Assembly (NCBI GenBank): GCA_964016885.1
Contig: OZ024745.1
Span: 19,778,001-19,842,000, forward strand
Reading direction: 5' to 3'
Length of the DNA: 64,000 bases
DNA from: Eledone cirrhosa
Lineage: Eukaryota
In this document: positions 1 to 14,400 of the stretch, piece after piece
Position numbering within the stretch: position 1 is the stretch's first letter
Layout: every line of letters starts with the position of its first letter
Made by a program: the position numbers and the translations under genes
The notes under the pieces: generated by a model
Databases searched by the model: none
Told to the model about the DNA's origin: nothing
What the model saw: only the letters and a program-made list of their open reading frames with translations

Positions 1-413
1 ATAACAACAATATGATAAAGAAATACACTTTTTTTTACATAAGTTAAGCTACTCTCAATACAAACATAACAATACCCCAAATTGGACGCACCCATCAAAT
101 CAGAAAGCAAACATCACACCACCACCTTTACAATCATAACCAGGATCTCTGTGTCTCTTTCACTGTCAGTCACCACCCTTATCATGCTTGGAGAAACTAT
201 TTATTTAAACACAAATATAAATGATATAAAAATACAACTGACTAAGATTATTTATAACTACAAAAACATTTATAGAAGATATACCCTTGCATCGTCATAT
301 TGGATCTAAATAATGCTTTATCAAATAAAATGTTGTGGAGTCATGCATGAGATATTCACACAACAATGCTTAAATATCCCAGATGCGCATATGTTATCAA
401 GGTATATATGTAA

Positions 414-713
414 TATGAGGGCCAGCTGAAAAGTTCATAGGATGACCAAGATACTCTCATGGAATGTGACCAAATGAGGCTTATTTTTCAACATAGTCCC
501 CATGCAGTCCACATACTTCTTCCATCGGTGTTGCTGTGATTGGAAGAAGCCTTCATCCTGTTGGCCCCCAAAAAATCATTAACAGCAGATATGATGTCAT
601 CAGAACTATGATACTAGTTCCTAGCCAAGTGTTTTTTCATGTTGGGGAAGAAATGATAGTCAGATGGGGCCAAATCAGGAGAATCGGGAGGGTGATCAAC
701 CAGTTTAAAGCCA
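414..713 (-). mobile_element. Mariner transposon remnant: transposase C-terminus plus one TIR
   Basis: Minus-strand translation GFKLVDHPPDSPDLAPSDYHFFPNMKKHL matches the mariner (H)PPYSPDLAPSD(F/Y) motif. The end TA-TGAGGGCCAGCTGAAAAGTTCATAGG at 414 matches the TIR of the MITE copies elsewhere in the window. Confidence 0.9.
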
Positions 714-1473
714 ATTCCACCAACCATTTCATTCCATTTCCCTCTATTCCCATCATCCTCTGCTATTCCTTGTTTGTTTTCAGCAATATTCCACTCATCC
801 ACCTTACTATTCTCATTTTTACTGTAGCTATCCTTCTTTACTGTTCTACATTCTGAATGTAAGGCCCTGTTCGGAGAGTATGTGGTGAGAGGTGTGTGTG
901 TGTGGGGGGGGGGGGGTCTGTTCCTAGAGGGAACTCTGTTTGACAAGGAATGCCCAGGGCATTTCCTCCCCTCTGCTCCCCATTAAATCTGGCCACGGGA
1001 GAGGGTATTGTCAATTAAATCAATGTCATTACTTGAATGGTATTAATATTATTGAGACCTAAAGTTGACTTTGGCAAGATCGAAACCCCAAATATAAAGG
1101 GACATAACTGAACATTGAACAATGTTTTGTTTGTTCCTCTAACTATTTTTCCATTCACCGATATCACCAATAATAATAACAAAAACAACAAATAGAATTA
1201 TAAAATAGAAAGAAGTTATACATAGGATAAATAATTGAAGCTGAAAATATAAAGATTGGTTGATCATGGCTGGAATGTCTCTGATCATTGGTCTGCTTGA
1301 AAGCAGGAATAACCTAGGGTTAAATAATATTGACAACAACAGAAGCAATTTCCCTGTATATTGCTTTTCATCAGAGATGATTAATTTCGTTGAGAATGTA
1401 GTGGGAGGTTCTGGTAGAGGGGCTTCAATTTTTTTACTTTATCTTATTTTTGTATGTATTGTTAGTACTTACG

Positions 1474-2965
1474 TCACCATCACCACCACCATCACCATGA
1501 CCACCACCATCATCTCCACCACCACCATCACCATCACCACCACCACCACCACTACCATCACCACGACCACCACCATCATCTCCACCACCACCACCATCAC
1601 CATCACCACCAACATCACCATCACCACTACCATCACCACCACCATCATCTCCACCACCACCATCACCACCACCACCACCATCACCATCATCACCACTACC
1701 ATCATCACCACCACCATCACCACCACCATCACCACCACCCCCACCATCACCACTACTGTCACCATCACCACCAACATCACCATCACCATCACTATCAACA
1801 GCAACATCACCATCATCACTACCACCAACGCCAACACTATCATCAACACTAGCACCCTCACAATCAACATCACCAACACCGACACCACCAACACCACCAA
1901 CACCACCAACATCACCATCACTAACACCACCAACATCACAATCACCATCACCAACATCACCATCACCACCACAAGCACCAACACTAACACCAACACCGTG
2001 AACAACATCAAAACCACCAATAACACCAACACCAACATCAGCACCATCACCATCATAATATCAACAACATCACAAACACCAATATTATTACCAATACCAC
2101 CACCACCACCACCACCACCACCACCTCCACCACCACCATCACCACCACCACTACCACCACCATCACCTCCAACACCTCCACCACCACCACCACCACCTCC
2201 ACCACCACCACCACCACCACCACCACCATCACCACCACCACTACCACCACCATCACCTCCACCACCACCTCCACCACCACCACCACCACCATCACCTCCA
2301 CCTCCAACACCTCCACCACTATCACCACCATCACCTCCACCTCCAACACCTCCACCACCACCACCACTACCACCACCATCACCTCCACCTCCAACACCTC
2401 CACCATCACCACCACCACCGCCACTACCAACACTTCCACCACCACTACCACCTCCACCACCACCACCACCATCACCCTCATCATCATCGCCACCACCACC
2501 ACCACCACCACCACTACCACTACCAACACTTCCACCACCACCACCACCACCACCACCACCACCACCACCACTACCACTACCACCACTACCACCACTACCA
2601 CCACCACCACCACCAACACCACTACCACTACCACCACTACCACCACTACCACTACCAACACTTCCACCACCACCACTACCACTACCACCACCACCACCAC
2701 TACCACTACCAACACTTCCACCACCACCACCACCACCACCACCACCACCACCACCACCACCACCACCACTACCACGACTACCACCACTACCACTACCAAC
2801 ACCTCCACCACCGCCACTACCAACACTTCCACCACCACTACCATCACCCTCATCATCATCGCCACCACCACCACCACCACCACCGCCACCACCACCAACA
2901 CTACCACCACTACCACCACTACCACTACCAACACTTCCACCACCACCAGCATCAAAACCACCATT
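1474..2965. repeat. (ACC)n/(ATC)n low-complexity trinucleotide tract
   Basis: Degenerate CAC/CAT/CAA triplets give poly-Thr, poly-Pro and poly-Val pseudo-ORFs. Confidence 0.95.
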
Positions 2966-2974
2966 ACCAGTGGT

Positions 2975-5900
2975 GTTGGTGCTGCTGTTGCTGCTGCTGT
3001 TACTAGTGCTGCTGCCGTTGATGTTGCTGCTGCTGCTGTTGTTGCTGATGTTACTGGTGCTGCTGCTGCTGCTGTTGCTGCCGCTGTTACTAGTGCTGCT
3101 GTTGCTGTTACTAGTGCTGCTGTTGCTGTTACTAGTGCTGCTGTTGCTCTTACTAGTGCTGCTGTTGCTCTTACTAGTGCTGCTGTTGCTGTTACTAGTG
3201 CTGCTGTTGCTCTTACTAGTGCTGCTGTTGCTCTTACTAGTGCTGCTGTTGCTCTTACTAGTGCTGCTGTTGCTCTTACTAGTGCTGCTGTTGTTGTTAC
3301 TAGTGCTGCTGTTGTGTTACTAGTGCTGCTGTTGCTGTTACTAGTGCTGCTGTTGTGTTACTAGTGCTGCTGTTGCTCTTACTAGTGCTGCTGTTGCTGT
3401 TACTAGTGCTGCTGTTGCTCTTACTAGTGCTGCTGTTGCTCTTACTAGTGCTGCTGTTGCTCTTACTAGTGCTGCTGTTGTGTTACTAGTGCTGCTGTTG
3501 CTGTTACTAGTGCTGCTGTTGCTGTTACTAGTGCTGCTGTTGCTGTTACTAGTGCTGCTGTTGCTGTTACTAGTGCTGCTGTTGCTCTTACTAGTGCTGC
3601 TGTTGTGTTACTAGTGCTGCTGTTGTGTTACTAGTGCTGCTGTTGTGTTACTAGTGCTGCTGTTGCTGTTACTAGTGCTGCTGTTGCTCTTACTAGTGCT
3701 GCTGTTGCTCTTACTAGTGCTGCTGTTGCTCTTACTAGTGCTGCTGTGCTGTTACTAGTGCTGCTGTTGCTCTTACTAGTGCTGCTGTTGTGTTACTAGT
3801 GCTGCTGTTGTGTTACTAGTGCTGCTGTTGCTCTTACTAGTGCTGCTGTTGTGTTACTAGTGCTGCTGTTGCTGTTACTAGTGCTGCTGTTGCTCTTACT
3901 AGTGCTGCTGTTGCTCTTACTAGTGCTGCTGTTGCTGTTACTAGTGCTGCTGTTGCTCTTACTAGTGCTGCTGTTGTGTTACTAGTGCTGCTGTTGCTCT
4001 TACTAGTGCTGCTGTTGCTGTTACTAGTGCTGCTGTTGCTCTTACTAGTGCTGCTGTTGCTCTTACTAGTGCTGCTGTTGTGTTACTAGTGCTGCTGTTG
4101 TGTTACTAGTGCTGCTGTTGCTGTTACTAGTGCTGCTGTTGCTCTTACTAGTGCTGCTGTTGCTCTTACTAGTGCTGCTGTTGCTCTTACTAGTGCTGCT
4201 GTTGCTGTTACTAGTGCTGCTGTTGCTCTTACTAGTGCTGCTGTTGTGTTACTAGTGCTGCTGTTGTGTTACTAGTGCTGCTGTTGCTCTTACTAGTGCT
4301 GCTGTTGTGTTACTAGTGCTGCTGTTGCTGTTACTAGTGCTGCTGTTGCTCTTACTAGTGCTGCTGTTGCTCTTACTAGTGCTGCTGTTGCTGTTACTAG
4401 TGCTGCTGTTGCTCTTACTAGTGCTGCTGTTGTGTTACTAGTGCTGCTGTTGCTGTTACTAGCGGTGCTGTTGCTGTTACTAGTGCTGCTGTTGCTCTTA
4501 CTAGTGCTGCTGTTGCTCTTACTAGTGCTGCTGTTGCTCTTACTAGTGCTGCTGTTGCTGTTACTAGTGCTTCTGTTGTGTTACTAGTGCTGCTGTTGCT
4601 GTTACTAGTGCTGCTGTTGCTCTTACTAGTGCTGCTGTTGCTCTTATTAGTGCTGCTGTTGCTGTTACTAGTGCTGCTGTTGTGTTACTAGTGCTGCTGT
4701 TGCTGTTACTAGTGGTGCTGTTGCTCTTACTAGTGCTGCTGTTGCTCTTACTAGTGCTGCTGTTGCTCTTACTAGTGCTGCTGTTGTGTTACTAGTGCTG
4801 CTGTTGCTGTTACTAGTGCTGCTGTTGCTCTTACTAGTGCTGCTGTTGCTGTTACTAGTGCTGCTGTTGTGTTACTAGTGCTGCTGTTGCTCTTACTAGT
4901 GCTGCTGTTGCTGTTACTAGTGCTGCTGTTGTGTTACTAGTGCTGCTGTTGTGTTACTAGTGCTGCTGTTGCTGTTACTAGTGCTGCTGTTGCTCTTACT
5001 AGTGCTGCTGTTGCTCTTACTAGTGCTGCTGTTGTGTTACTAGTGCTGCTGTTGCTGTTACTAGTGCTGCTGTTGCTCTTACTAGTGCTGCTGTTGCTGT
5101 TACTAGTGCTGCTGTTGTGTTACTAGTGCTGCTGTTGCTCTTACTAGTGCTGCTGTTGCTGTTACTAGTGCTGCTGTTGCTGTTACTAGTGCTGCTGTTG
5201 TTTTACTAGTGCTGCTGTTGCTGTTACTAGTGCTGCTGTTGCTGTTACTAGTGCTGCTGTTGCTCTTACTAGTGCTGCTGTTGCTCTTACTAGTGCTGCT
5301 GTTGCTCTTACTAGTGCTGCTGTTGTGTTACTAGTGCTGCTGTTGCTGTTACTAGTGCTGCTGTTGCTGTTACTAGTGCTGCTGTTGCTCTTACTAGTGC
5401 TGCTGTTATGTTACTAGTGCTGCTGTTGCTGTTACTAGTGCTGCTGTTGCTGTTACTAGTGCTGCTGTTGCTGTTACTAGTGGTGCTGTTGCTCTTACTA
5501 GTGCTGCTGTTGCTCTTACTAGTGCTGCTGTTGCTCTTACTAGTGCTGCTGTTGTGTTACTAGTGCTGCTGTTGCTGTTACTAGTGCTGCTGTTGCTCTT
5601 ACTAGTGCTGCTGTTGCTGTTACTAGTGCTGCTGTTGTGTTACTAGTACTGCTGTTGCTGTTACTAGTGCTGCTGTTGTGTTACTAGTGCTGCTGTTGCT
5701 CTTACTAGTGCTGCTGTTGTGTTACTAGTGCTGCTGTTGCTGTTACTAGTGCTGCTGTTGCTGTTACTAGTGCTGCTGTTGCTGTTACTAGTGCTGCTGT
5801 TGCTGTTACTAGTGCTGCTGTTGCTGTTACTAGTGCTGCTGTTGTGTTACTAGTGCTGCTGTTGCTGTTACTAGTGCTGCTGTTGCTCTTACTAGTGCTG

Positions 5901-8900
5901 CTGTTGCTCTTACTAGTGCTGCTGTTGCTCTTACTAGTGCTGCTGTTGCTCTTACTAGTGCTGCTGTTGCTCTTACTAGTGCTGCTGTTGCTCTTACTAG
6001 TGCTGCTGTTGCTCTTACTAGTGCTGCTGTTGCTCTTACTAGTGCTGCTGTTGCTCTTACTAGTGCTGCTGTTGCTCTTACTAGTGCTGCTGTTGCTCTT
6101 ACTAGTGCTGCTGTTGCTCTTACTAGTGCTGCTGTTGTGTTACTAGTGCTGCTGTTGCTCTTACTAGTGCTGCTGTTGCTCTTACTAGTGCTGCTGTTGC
6201 TGTTACTAGTGCTGCTGTTGCTGTTACTAGTGCTGCTGTTGCTGTTACTAGTGCTGCTGTTGCTCTTACTAGTGCTGCTGTTGCTCTTACTAGTGCTGCT
6301 GTTGCTGTTACTAGTGCTGCTGTTGTGTTACTAGTGCTGCTGTTGCTCTTACTAGTGCTGCTGTTGTGTTACTAGTGCTGCTGTTGCTCTTACTAGTGCT
6401 GCTGTTGCTGTTACTAGTGCTGCTGTTGCTGTTACTAGTGCTGCTGTTGTGTTACTAGTGCTGCTGTTGCTGTTACTAGTGCTGCTGTTGCTGTTACTAG
6501 TGCTGCTGTTGCTCTTACTAGTGCTGCTGTTGCTCTTACTAGTGCTGCTGTTGTGTTACTAGTGCTGCTGTTGCTGTTACTAGTGCTGCTGTTGCTGTTA
6601 CTAGTGCTGCTGTTGCTGTTACTAGTGGTGCTGTTGCTCTTACTAGTGCTGCTGTTGCTGTTACTAGTGCTGCTGTTGCTCTTACTAGTGCTGCTGTTGC
6701 TGTTACTAGTGCTGCTGTTGCTGTTACTAGTGCTGCTGTTGTGTTACTAGTGCTGCTGTTGCTGTTACTAGTGCTGCTGTTGCTGTTACTAGTGCTGCTG
6801 TTGCTCTTACTAGTGCTGCTGTTGCTCTTACTAGTGCTGCTGTTGCTCTTACTAGTGCTGCTGTTGTGTTACTAGTGCTGCTGTTGCTGTTACTAGTGCT
6901 GCTGTTGCTGTTACTAGTGCTGCTGTTGCTCTTACTAGTGCTGCTGTTGTGTTACTAGTGCTGCTGTTGCTGTTACTAGTGCTGCTGTTGCTGTTACTAG
7001 TGCTGCTGTTGCTGTTACTAGTGGTGCTGTTGCTCTTACTAGTGCTGCTGTTGCTGTTACTAGTGCTGCTGTTGCTCTTACTAGTGCTGCTGTTGCTCTT
7101 ACTAGTGCTGCTGTTGTGTTACTAGTGTTGCTGTTGCTGTTACTAGTGCTGCTGTTGCTGTTACTAGTGCTGCTGTTGTGTTACTAGTGCTGCTGTTGCT
7201 GTTACTAGTGCTGCTGTTGTGTTACTAGTGCTGCTGTTGCTCTTACTAGTGCTGCTGTTGTGTTACTAGTGCTGCTGTTGCTGTTACTAGTGCTGCTGTT
7301 GCTGTTACTAGTGCTGCTGTTGCTGTTACTAGTGCTGCTGTTGCTGTTACTAGTGCTGCTGTTGTGTTACTAGTGCTGCTGTTGCTCTTACTAGTGCTGC
7401 TGTTGCTGTTACTAGTGCTGCTGTTGCTGTTACTAGTGCTGCTGTTGTGTTACTAGTGCTGCTGTTGCTGTTACTAGTGCTGCTGTTGCTCTTACTAGTG
7501 CTGCTGTTGCTCTTACTAGTGCTGCTGTTGCTCTTACTAGTGCTGCTGTTGCTCTTACTAGTGCTGCTGTTGCTCTTACTAGTGCTGCTGTTGCTCTTAC
7601 TAGTGCTGCTGTTGCTCTTACTAGTGCTGCTGTTGCTCTTACTAGTGCTGCTGTTGCTCTTACTAGTGCTGCTGTTGCTCTTACTAGTGCTGCTGTTGCT
7701 CTTACTAGTGCTGCTGTTGCTCTTACTAGTGCTGCTGTTGCTCTTACTAGTGCTGCTGTTGCTCTTACTAGTGCTGCTGTTGTGTTACTAGTGCTGCTGT
7801 TGCTCTTACTAGTGCTGCTGTTGCTCTTACTAGTGCTGCTGTTGCTGTTACTAGTGCTGCTGTTGCTGTTACTAGTGCTGCTGTTGCTCTTACTAGTGCT
7901 GCTGTTGCTCTTACTAGTGCTGCTGTTGCTCTTACTAGTGCTGCTGTTGCTGTTACTAGTGCTGCTGTTGTGTTACTAGTGCTGCTGTTGCTCTTACTAG
8001 TGCTGCTGTTGTGTTACTAGTGCTGCTGTTGCTCTTACTAGTGCTGCTGTTGCTGTTACTAGTGCTGCTGTTGCTGTTACTAGTGCTGCTGTTGTGTTAC
8101 TAGTGCTGCTGTTGCTGTTACTAGTGCTGCTGTTGCTGTTACTAGTGCTGCTGTTGCTCTTACTAGTGCTGCTGTTGCTGTTACTAGTGCTGCTGTTGCT
8201 GTTACTAGTGCTGCTGTTGCTGTTACTAGTGCTGCTGTTGCTGTTACTAGTGCTGCTGTTGCTCTTACTAGTGCTGCTGTTGCTGTTACTAGTGCTGCTG
8301 TTGCTGTTACTAGTGCTGCTGTTGCTGTTACTAGTGCTACTGTTGCTTTTACTAGTGCTGCTGTTGCTGTTACTAGTGCTGCTGTTGCTGTTACTAGTGC
8401 TGCTGTTGCTGTTACTAGTGCTGCTGTTGCTGTTACTAGTGCTGCTGTTGCTGTTACTAGTGCTGCTGTTGCTGTTACTAGTGCTGCTGTTGCTCTTACT
8501 AGTGCTGCTGTTGCTGTTACTAGTGCTGCTGTTGCTGTTACTAGTGCTGCTGTTGCTCTTACTAGTGCTACTGTTGCTGTTACTAGTGCTGCTGTTGTGT
8601 TACTAGTGCTGCTGTTGTGTTACTAGTGCTGCTGTTGCTCTTACTAGTGCTGCTGTTGCTCTTACTAGTGCTGCTGTTGCTCTTACTAGTGCTGCTGTTG
8701 CTCTTACTAGTGCTGCTGTTGCTGTTACTAGTGCTGCTGTTGCTGTTACTAGTGCTGCTGTTGCTGTTACTAGTGCTGGTGTTGCTCTTACTAGTGCTGC
8801 TGTTGCTCTTACTAGTGCTGCTGTTGCTGTTACTAGTGCTGCTGTTGTGTTACTAGTGCTGCTGTTGCTCTTACTAGTGCTGCTGTTGCTCTTACTAGTG

Positions 8901-9490
8901 CTGCTGTTGCTGTTACTAGTGCTGCTGTTGCTGTTACTAGTGCTGCTGTTGCTCTTACTAGTGCTGCTGTTGCTCTTACTAGTGCTGCTGTTGCTCTTAC
9001 TAGTGCTGCTGTTGTGTTACTAGTGCTGCTGTTATGTTACTAGTACTGCTGTTGCTGTTACTAGTGCTGCTGTTGTGTTACTAGTGCTGCTGTTGCTCTT
9101 ACTAGTGCTGCTGTTGCTCTTACTAGTGCTGCTGTTGCTCTTACTAGTGCTGCTGTTGCTGTTACTAGTGCTGCTGTTGCTGTTACTAGTGCTGCTGTTG
9201 TGTTACTAGTGCTGCTGTTGCTGTTACTAGTGCTGCTGTTGTGTTACTAGTGCTGCTGTTGCTGTTACTAGTGCTGCTGTTGTGTTACTAGTGCTGCTGT
9301 TGCTGTTACTAGTGCTGCTGTTGCTGTTACTAGTGCTGCTGTTGTGTTACTAGTGCTGCTGTTGCTCTTACTAGTGCTGCTGTTGCTGTTACTAGTGCTG
9401 CTGTTGCTGTTACTAGTGCTGCTGTTGCTGTTACTAGTGCTGCTGTTGCTGTTACTAGTGCTGCTGTTGTGTTACTAGTGCTGCTGTTGC
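2975..9490. repeat. 21-bp minisatellite TTACTAGTGCTGCTGTTGCT(G/C) with a 20-bp variant, about 300 units
   Basis: Direct tandem repetition over about 6.4 kb, preceded by a degenerate (CTG/TTG)n lead-in at about 2975-3085. Confidence 0.97.
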
Positions 9491-9602
9491 GAGATAACAC
9501 TCTGCAATACAATATTGGTTTTTAATGGACAGCATTTAGGAAGAACAGTGGCTATCATCACTGGAGCTACAGAAATAACAACAACAAGAACAACAACGAT
9601 AC

Positions 9603-9663
<61 letters not shown>

Positions 9664-9693
9664 GATGATGATGACGATGATGGTGATGATGAT
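9603..9693. repeat. (GAT)n microsatellite
   Basis: Visible GAT run with GGT interruptions. Confidence 0.95.
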
Positions 9694-9974
9694 AATAAAT
9701 GAAAATAAATGAAGGATTGAGTGTATATTGATGTAGGAGGACATCAGCCTACATGATGATGATTGAAACAGGATGCTGGAAAATATGGAACTGGACCCCA
9801 CCTTCACCCCCTAAAAAAGAGAGAAACAACTACAAGAATAAGAAAAAGAAGTTATTTGTAAGTAAGGTGTATTGGGATTCTTACCTTTGGATGTGGAAAA
9901 CTTCAGGATATGACGTAAGAGAGAGATTTAGATTTATATTAATGTACATTGATGTACCAACATTATGACCCCTT

Positions 9975-10225
9975 ATAGATGGGGAAGGAGAAGGAAGGAC
10001 CCATGTAAGACCTGGGATGAGGTCATCAAGGATGATCTGAAAGTCTGGAACCAAGATTGTGACCCCTGGTAGACTGGGAAGAGGGCACCCATCTATGACC
10101 TACAAAGAGGTAATCGGTGATGATCTGAAAGCCTGGAATCTGGACCAAATCTTATCCCTGGAATGAACATTCTGGAGAGATACTTTGAAAGAGGCTACCA
10201 AAACATCCTATGCTTGTGACAAACT
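9975..10225 (+). mobile_element. Old RTE-LINE 3' remnant
   Basis: AAGACCTGGGATGAGGTCATCAAGGATGATCTG translates to KTWDEVIKDDL, similar to KTWDEVIKADL in the RTE at 58.3 kb. Confidence 0.65.
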
Positions 10226-10319
10226 AGCTTCTCTTTTTGCTACTTCATTTTGATCTTTGTTGTCCTCATTTTCCAAATCTTTTCATGCCTGTCTCTTGGC
10301 TTTAATGGTTCTATCAAAC

Positions 10320-10536
10320 TTAACCCTTTCGTGACTTCATTTCTAATGAAGTACATTCTATCTTAATTAATTATGAAGATTTTCGAAGGATTTACTAAAA
10401 TTATTATTTCATTACTAAGATGGTAACTTAAAACTATGTTGGAAGATTTTAATCTAAATTGGAAACCTTTAACATGGGTGGTTTTATTACATAGAACCAG
10501 AGCTAGTTCTGACCAGGTGGGTAACTAAACGGTTAA
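10320..10536. mobile_element. piggyBac-like MITE
   Basis: Ends TTAA-CCCTTTCGTGAC and GTAACTAAACGG-TTAA form an imperfect TIR with TTAA at both ends. Confidence 0.55.
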
Positions 10537-10945
10537 CTAACCAACTTAAAAAGCATTTTCTTCTCATGCTACACAAAAAAAAAAACAAAAAAAAACTGAC
10601 CAACTTTTTAAAACTTACGATCCAATTTTTTTCATAATTTTGTCTTCTTTATGCTTCCATAGAATCTGCTATAATTAATTGGCAACGTTAACACTTAACT
10701 CTGCAAATAGTTTCATTTAATTTGGCATTTCCTTTCTTGGTGAAGTTTTAAGTTTCTGATAGAATCTTTTGGAGTAACATTTTTTACACAACATTAGGTA
10801 CTGCCTTGTAGTATTCTCTCTTCAAAGAAGTTCACGTCTAAATAAAATAATTCAGTAGACATAAAGCCCCCTTCAGTTTTAGGATAAGGGAAATGAAAAG
10901 TTCTATTGTTTGTGCTTTTCTTAAAAGTATTTATAGTATTCATTT

Positions 10946-11137
10946 TACAGAGGTCGCCTGAAAAGTTCATAAGCTGACCAAGATACTCTCATGGAATGAC
11001 CAAATGAGGTTTATATTTCAACATAGTCCCTGGAAAGAAACAATGCAGTTGTTAATAAGAAGAATTGAAGTTAATGCCTACAAGATTTCACAGCTCTAGC
11101 ATCACTCCATAGTCATATTTTTCAGCCGACCCTCATA
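10946..11137. mobile_element. Mariner-derived MITE, copy 1
   Basis: TA-flanked, with TIR ...CTGAAAAGTTCATA / TTTTCAGCCGACCCTCATA. Shares its first about 80 bp with 414-500. Confidence 0.85.
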
Positions 11138-11494
11138 ATCCTGTCCAGAACTTCATTAGTCCACAGTATTAATTCTTAATACTTGTTTTCTACAGTGTTT
11201 TTATATGGAAAAGACACAAACCCTGTCGATAGATTGTCAGTTTATCACAGACAGATTAAGATCTGATACAAACGATCTGGTACAGATTTTCTAACGAGGT
11301 TAGCTGGGAACAGTTTTGTTTCAAAGACATAAAGACATAAAGTTGCAGAGTGATATGAACTTATGAACCATGAGTTGTTAGACGTATCCTTTATTTAATT
11401 AGCCTTTTGATTCTAATATTATTGTAATGTCATATATTATTGAACATAGAGATGGAGTGGAGCGATTTCTTCATTAATTATATCACACATTCAC

Positions 11495-14400
11495 CCAAAC
11501 ACCCATTCATCCAACCATCCAACCACCTTACCATCCAACCAGCCAACCATCCAACCACCCATTCCCCCAACCATCCAACCGCCCATTCCCCAACCATCCA
11601 ACTACCCATTCCCCAACCATCCAACCACCCATTCCCCAACCATCCAACCATCCAACCATCCAACCACCCATTCCACATCCATCCAACCACCCATTACCCA
11701 ACCATCAAACTACCCATTCCCCCAACCATCCAACCACCCATTCCCCAACCATCCAACTACCCATTCCCCCAACCATCCAACCACCCATTCCCCAACCATC
11801 CAACTACCCATTCCCCCAACCATCCATTCCCCAACCATCCAACTACCCATTCCCCCAACCATCCAACCACCCATTCCCCAACCATCCAACTACCCATTCC
11901 CCCAACCATCCAACCACCCATTCCCTCAACCATCCAACCACCCATACCCCCAACCATCCAACCACCCATTCCCCAACCATCCAACTACCCATTACCCCAA
12001 CCATCCATTCCCCAAACATCCAACTACCCATTCCACCAACCATCCAACCACCCATTCCGCAACCATCCAACCACCCATTCCCCAACCATCGAACTACCCA
12101 TTCCCCCAACCATCCAACCACCCATTCCCCAACCATCCAACTAACCATTCCCCAACCATCCGACCACCCATTCCCCAACCATCCAACCACCCATTCCCCA
12201 ACCATCCAACCACCCATTCCCCAACCATCCAACCACCCATTCCCCAACCATCCAACTACCCATTCCCCAACCATCCAACTACCCATTCCCCAACCATCCA
12301 ACCACCCATTCCATCAACCATCCAACCGTCCATTCCCCAACCATCCAACCGTCCATTCCCCAACCATCCAACCACCCATTCCCCAACCATCCAACTACCC
12401 ATTCCCCAACCATCCAACCACCCATTCCACAACCATCCGACCACCCATTCCCCCACCATCCAACCACCCATTCCCCAACCATCCAACTACCCATTCCCCA
12501 ACCATCCAACTACCCATTCCCTAACCATCCAACCACCCATTCCCTCAACCAAATAACCGTCCATTTCCCAACCATCCAACCGTCCATTCCCCAACCATCC
12601 AACCACCCATTCCCCAACCATCCAACTACCCATTCCCCAACCATCCAACTACCCATTCCCCCAACCACCCAACTACCCATTCCCCCAACCATCCAACCAC
12701 CCATCCCCCAACCATCCAACCACCCATTCCCCAACCATCCAACTACCCATTCCCCCAACCATCCAACCACCCATTCCCCAACCATCCAACTACCCATTCC
12801 CCAACCATCCAACTACCCATTCCCCAACCATCCAACTACCCATTCCCCCAACCACCCATTCCCCCAACCATCCAACTACCCATTCCCCCAACCATCCAAC
12901 TACCCATTCCCCAACCATCCAACCACCCATTCCCCAACCATCCAACTACCCATTCCCCCAAACATCCAACTACCCATTCCCCCAACCACCCAACTACCCA
13001 TTCCCCAACCATCCAACCACCCATCCCCCAACTATCCAACCACCCATTCCCCCAACCATCCAACTACCCATACCCCCAACCATCCAACTACCCATTCCCC
13101 CAACCATCCAACTACCCATTCCCCCAACCATCCAACTACCCATTCCCCCAACCATCCAACCACCCATTCCCCCAACCATCCAACCACCCATTCCCCAACC
13201 ATCCAACTACCCATTCCCCAACCATCCAACCACCCATTCCCCAACCATCCAACTACCCATTCCCCCAACCATCCAACCACCCATTCCCCCAACCATCCAA
13301 CCACCCATTCCCTCAACCATCCAACTGTCCATTCCCCAACCATCCAACTACCCATTCCCCAACCATCCAACTACCCATTCCCCAACCATCCAACTACCCA
13401 TTCCCCAACCATCCAACTACCCATTCCCCAACCATCCAACTACCCATTCCCCAACCATCCAACTACCCATTCCCCCAACCATCCAACTACCCATTCCCCA
13501 ACCATCCAACCACCCATTCCCCCAACCATCCAACCACCCATTCCCCAACCATCCAACTACCCATTCCCCAACCATCCAACTACCCATTCCCCAACCATCC
13601 AACTACCCATTCCCCCAACCATCCAACTACCCATTCCCCAACCATCCAACCACCCATTCCCCCAACCATCCAACCACCCATTCCCCAACCATCCACCTAC
13701 CCATTCCCCAACCATCCAACCACCCATTCCCCAACCATCCAACCACCCATTCCCCAACCATCCAACCACCCATTCCCCCAACCACCCATTCTCCAACCAT
13801 CCAACCACCCATTCCCCAACCATCCAACCACCCATTCCCCCAACCACCCATTCTCCAACCATCCAACCACCCATTCCCCCAACCATCCAACCACCCATTC
13901 CCCCAACCATCCAACCACCCATTCCCCCAACCACCCATTCTCCAACCATCCAACCACCCATTCCCTCAACCATCCAACCACCCATCCCCCAACCATCCAA
14001 CCACCCATTCCCCCAACCATCCAACCACCCATTCCCCCAACCACCCATTCTCCAACCATCCAACCACCCATTCCCCAACCATCCAACCACCCATTCCCCA
14101 ACCATCCAACTACCCAATCCCCAACCATCCAACCACCCATTCCATCAACCATCCAACCACCCATTCCCCAACCATCCAACCGTCCATTCCCCAACCATCA
14201 ACCGTCCATTCCCCAACTATCCAACCACCCATTCCCCAACCATCCAACCACCCAACTACCAACCATCCAACCACCCATTCCCCAACCATCCAACTACCCA
14301 TTCTCCAACCATCCAACCACCCTTTCCCCAACCATCCAACCACCCATTCCCCAACCATCCAACCACCCAACTACCCAACCATCCAACTACCCATTCCCCA

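Noticed and set aside
1260-3323. 687-aa Thr/Pro/Leu-rich ORF resembling a mucin or extensin
   Set aside because: It is a translation of (ACC)n and the 21-bp repeat. Several frames are open, and it has a non-ATG start and no domain.
9730-9863. Possible exon ending at GTAAGT
   Set aside because: Poor acceptor, stops in two frames, and no recognisable protein in the third.
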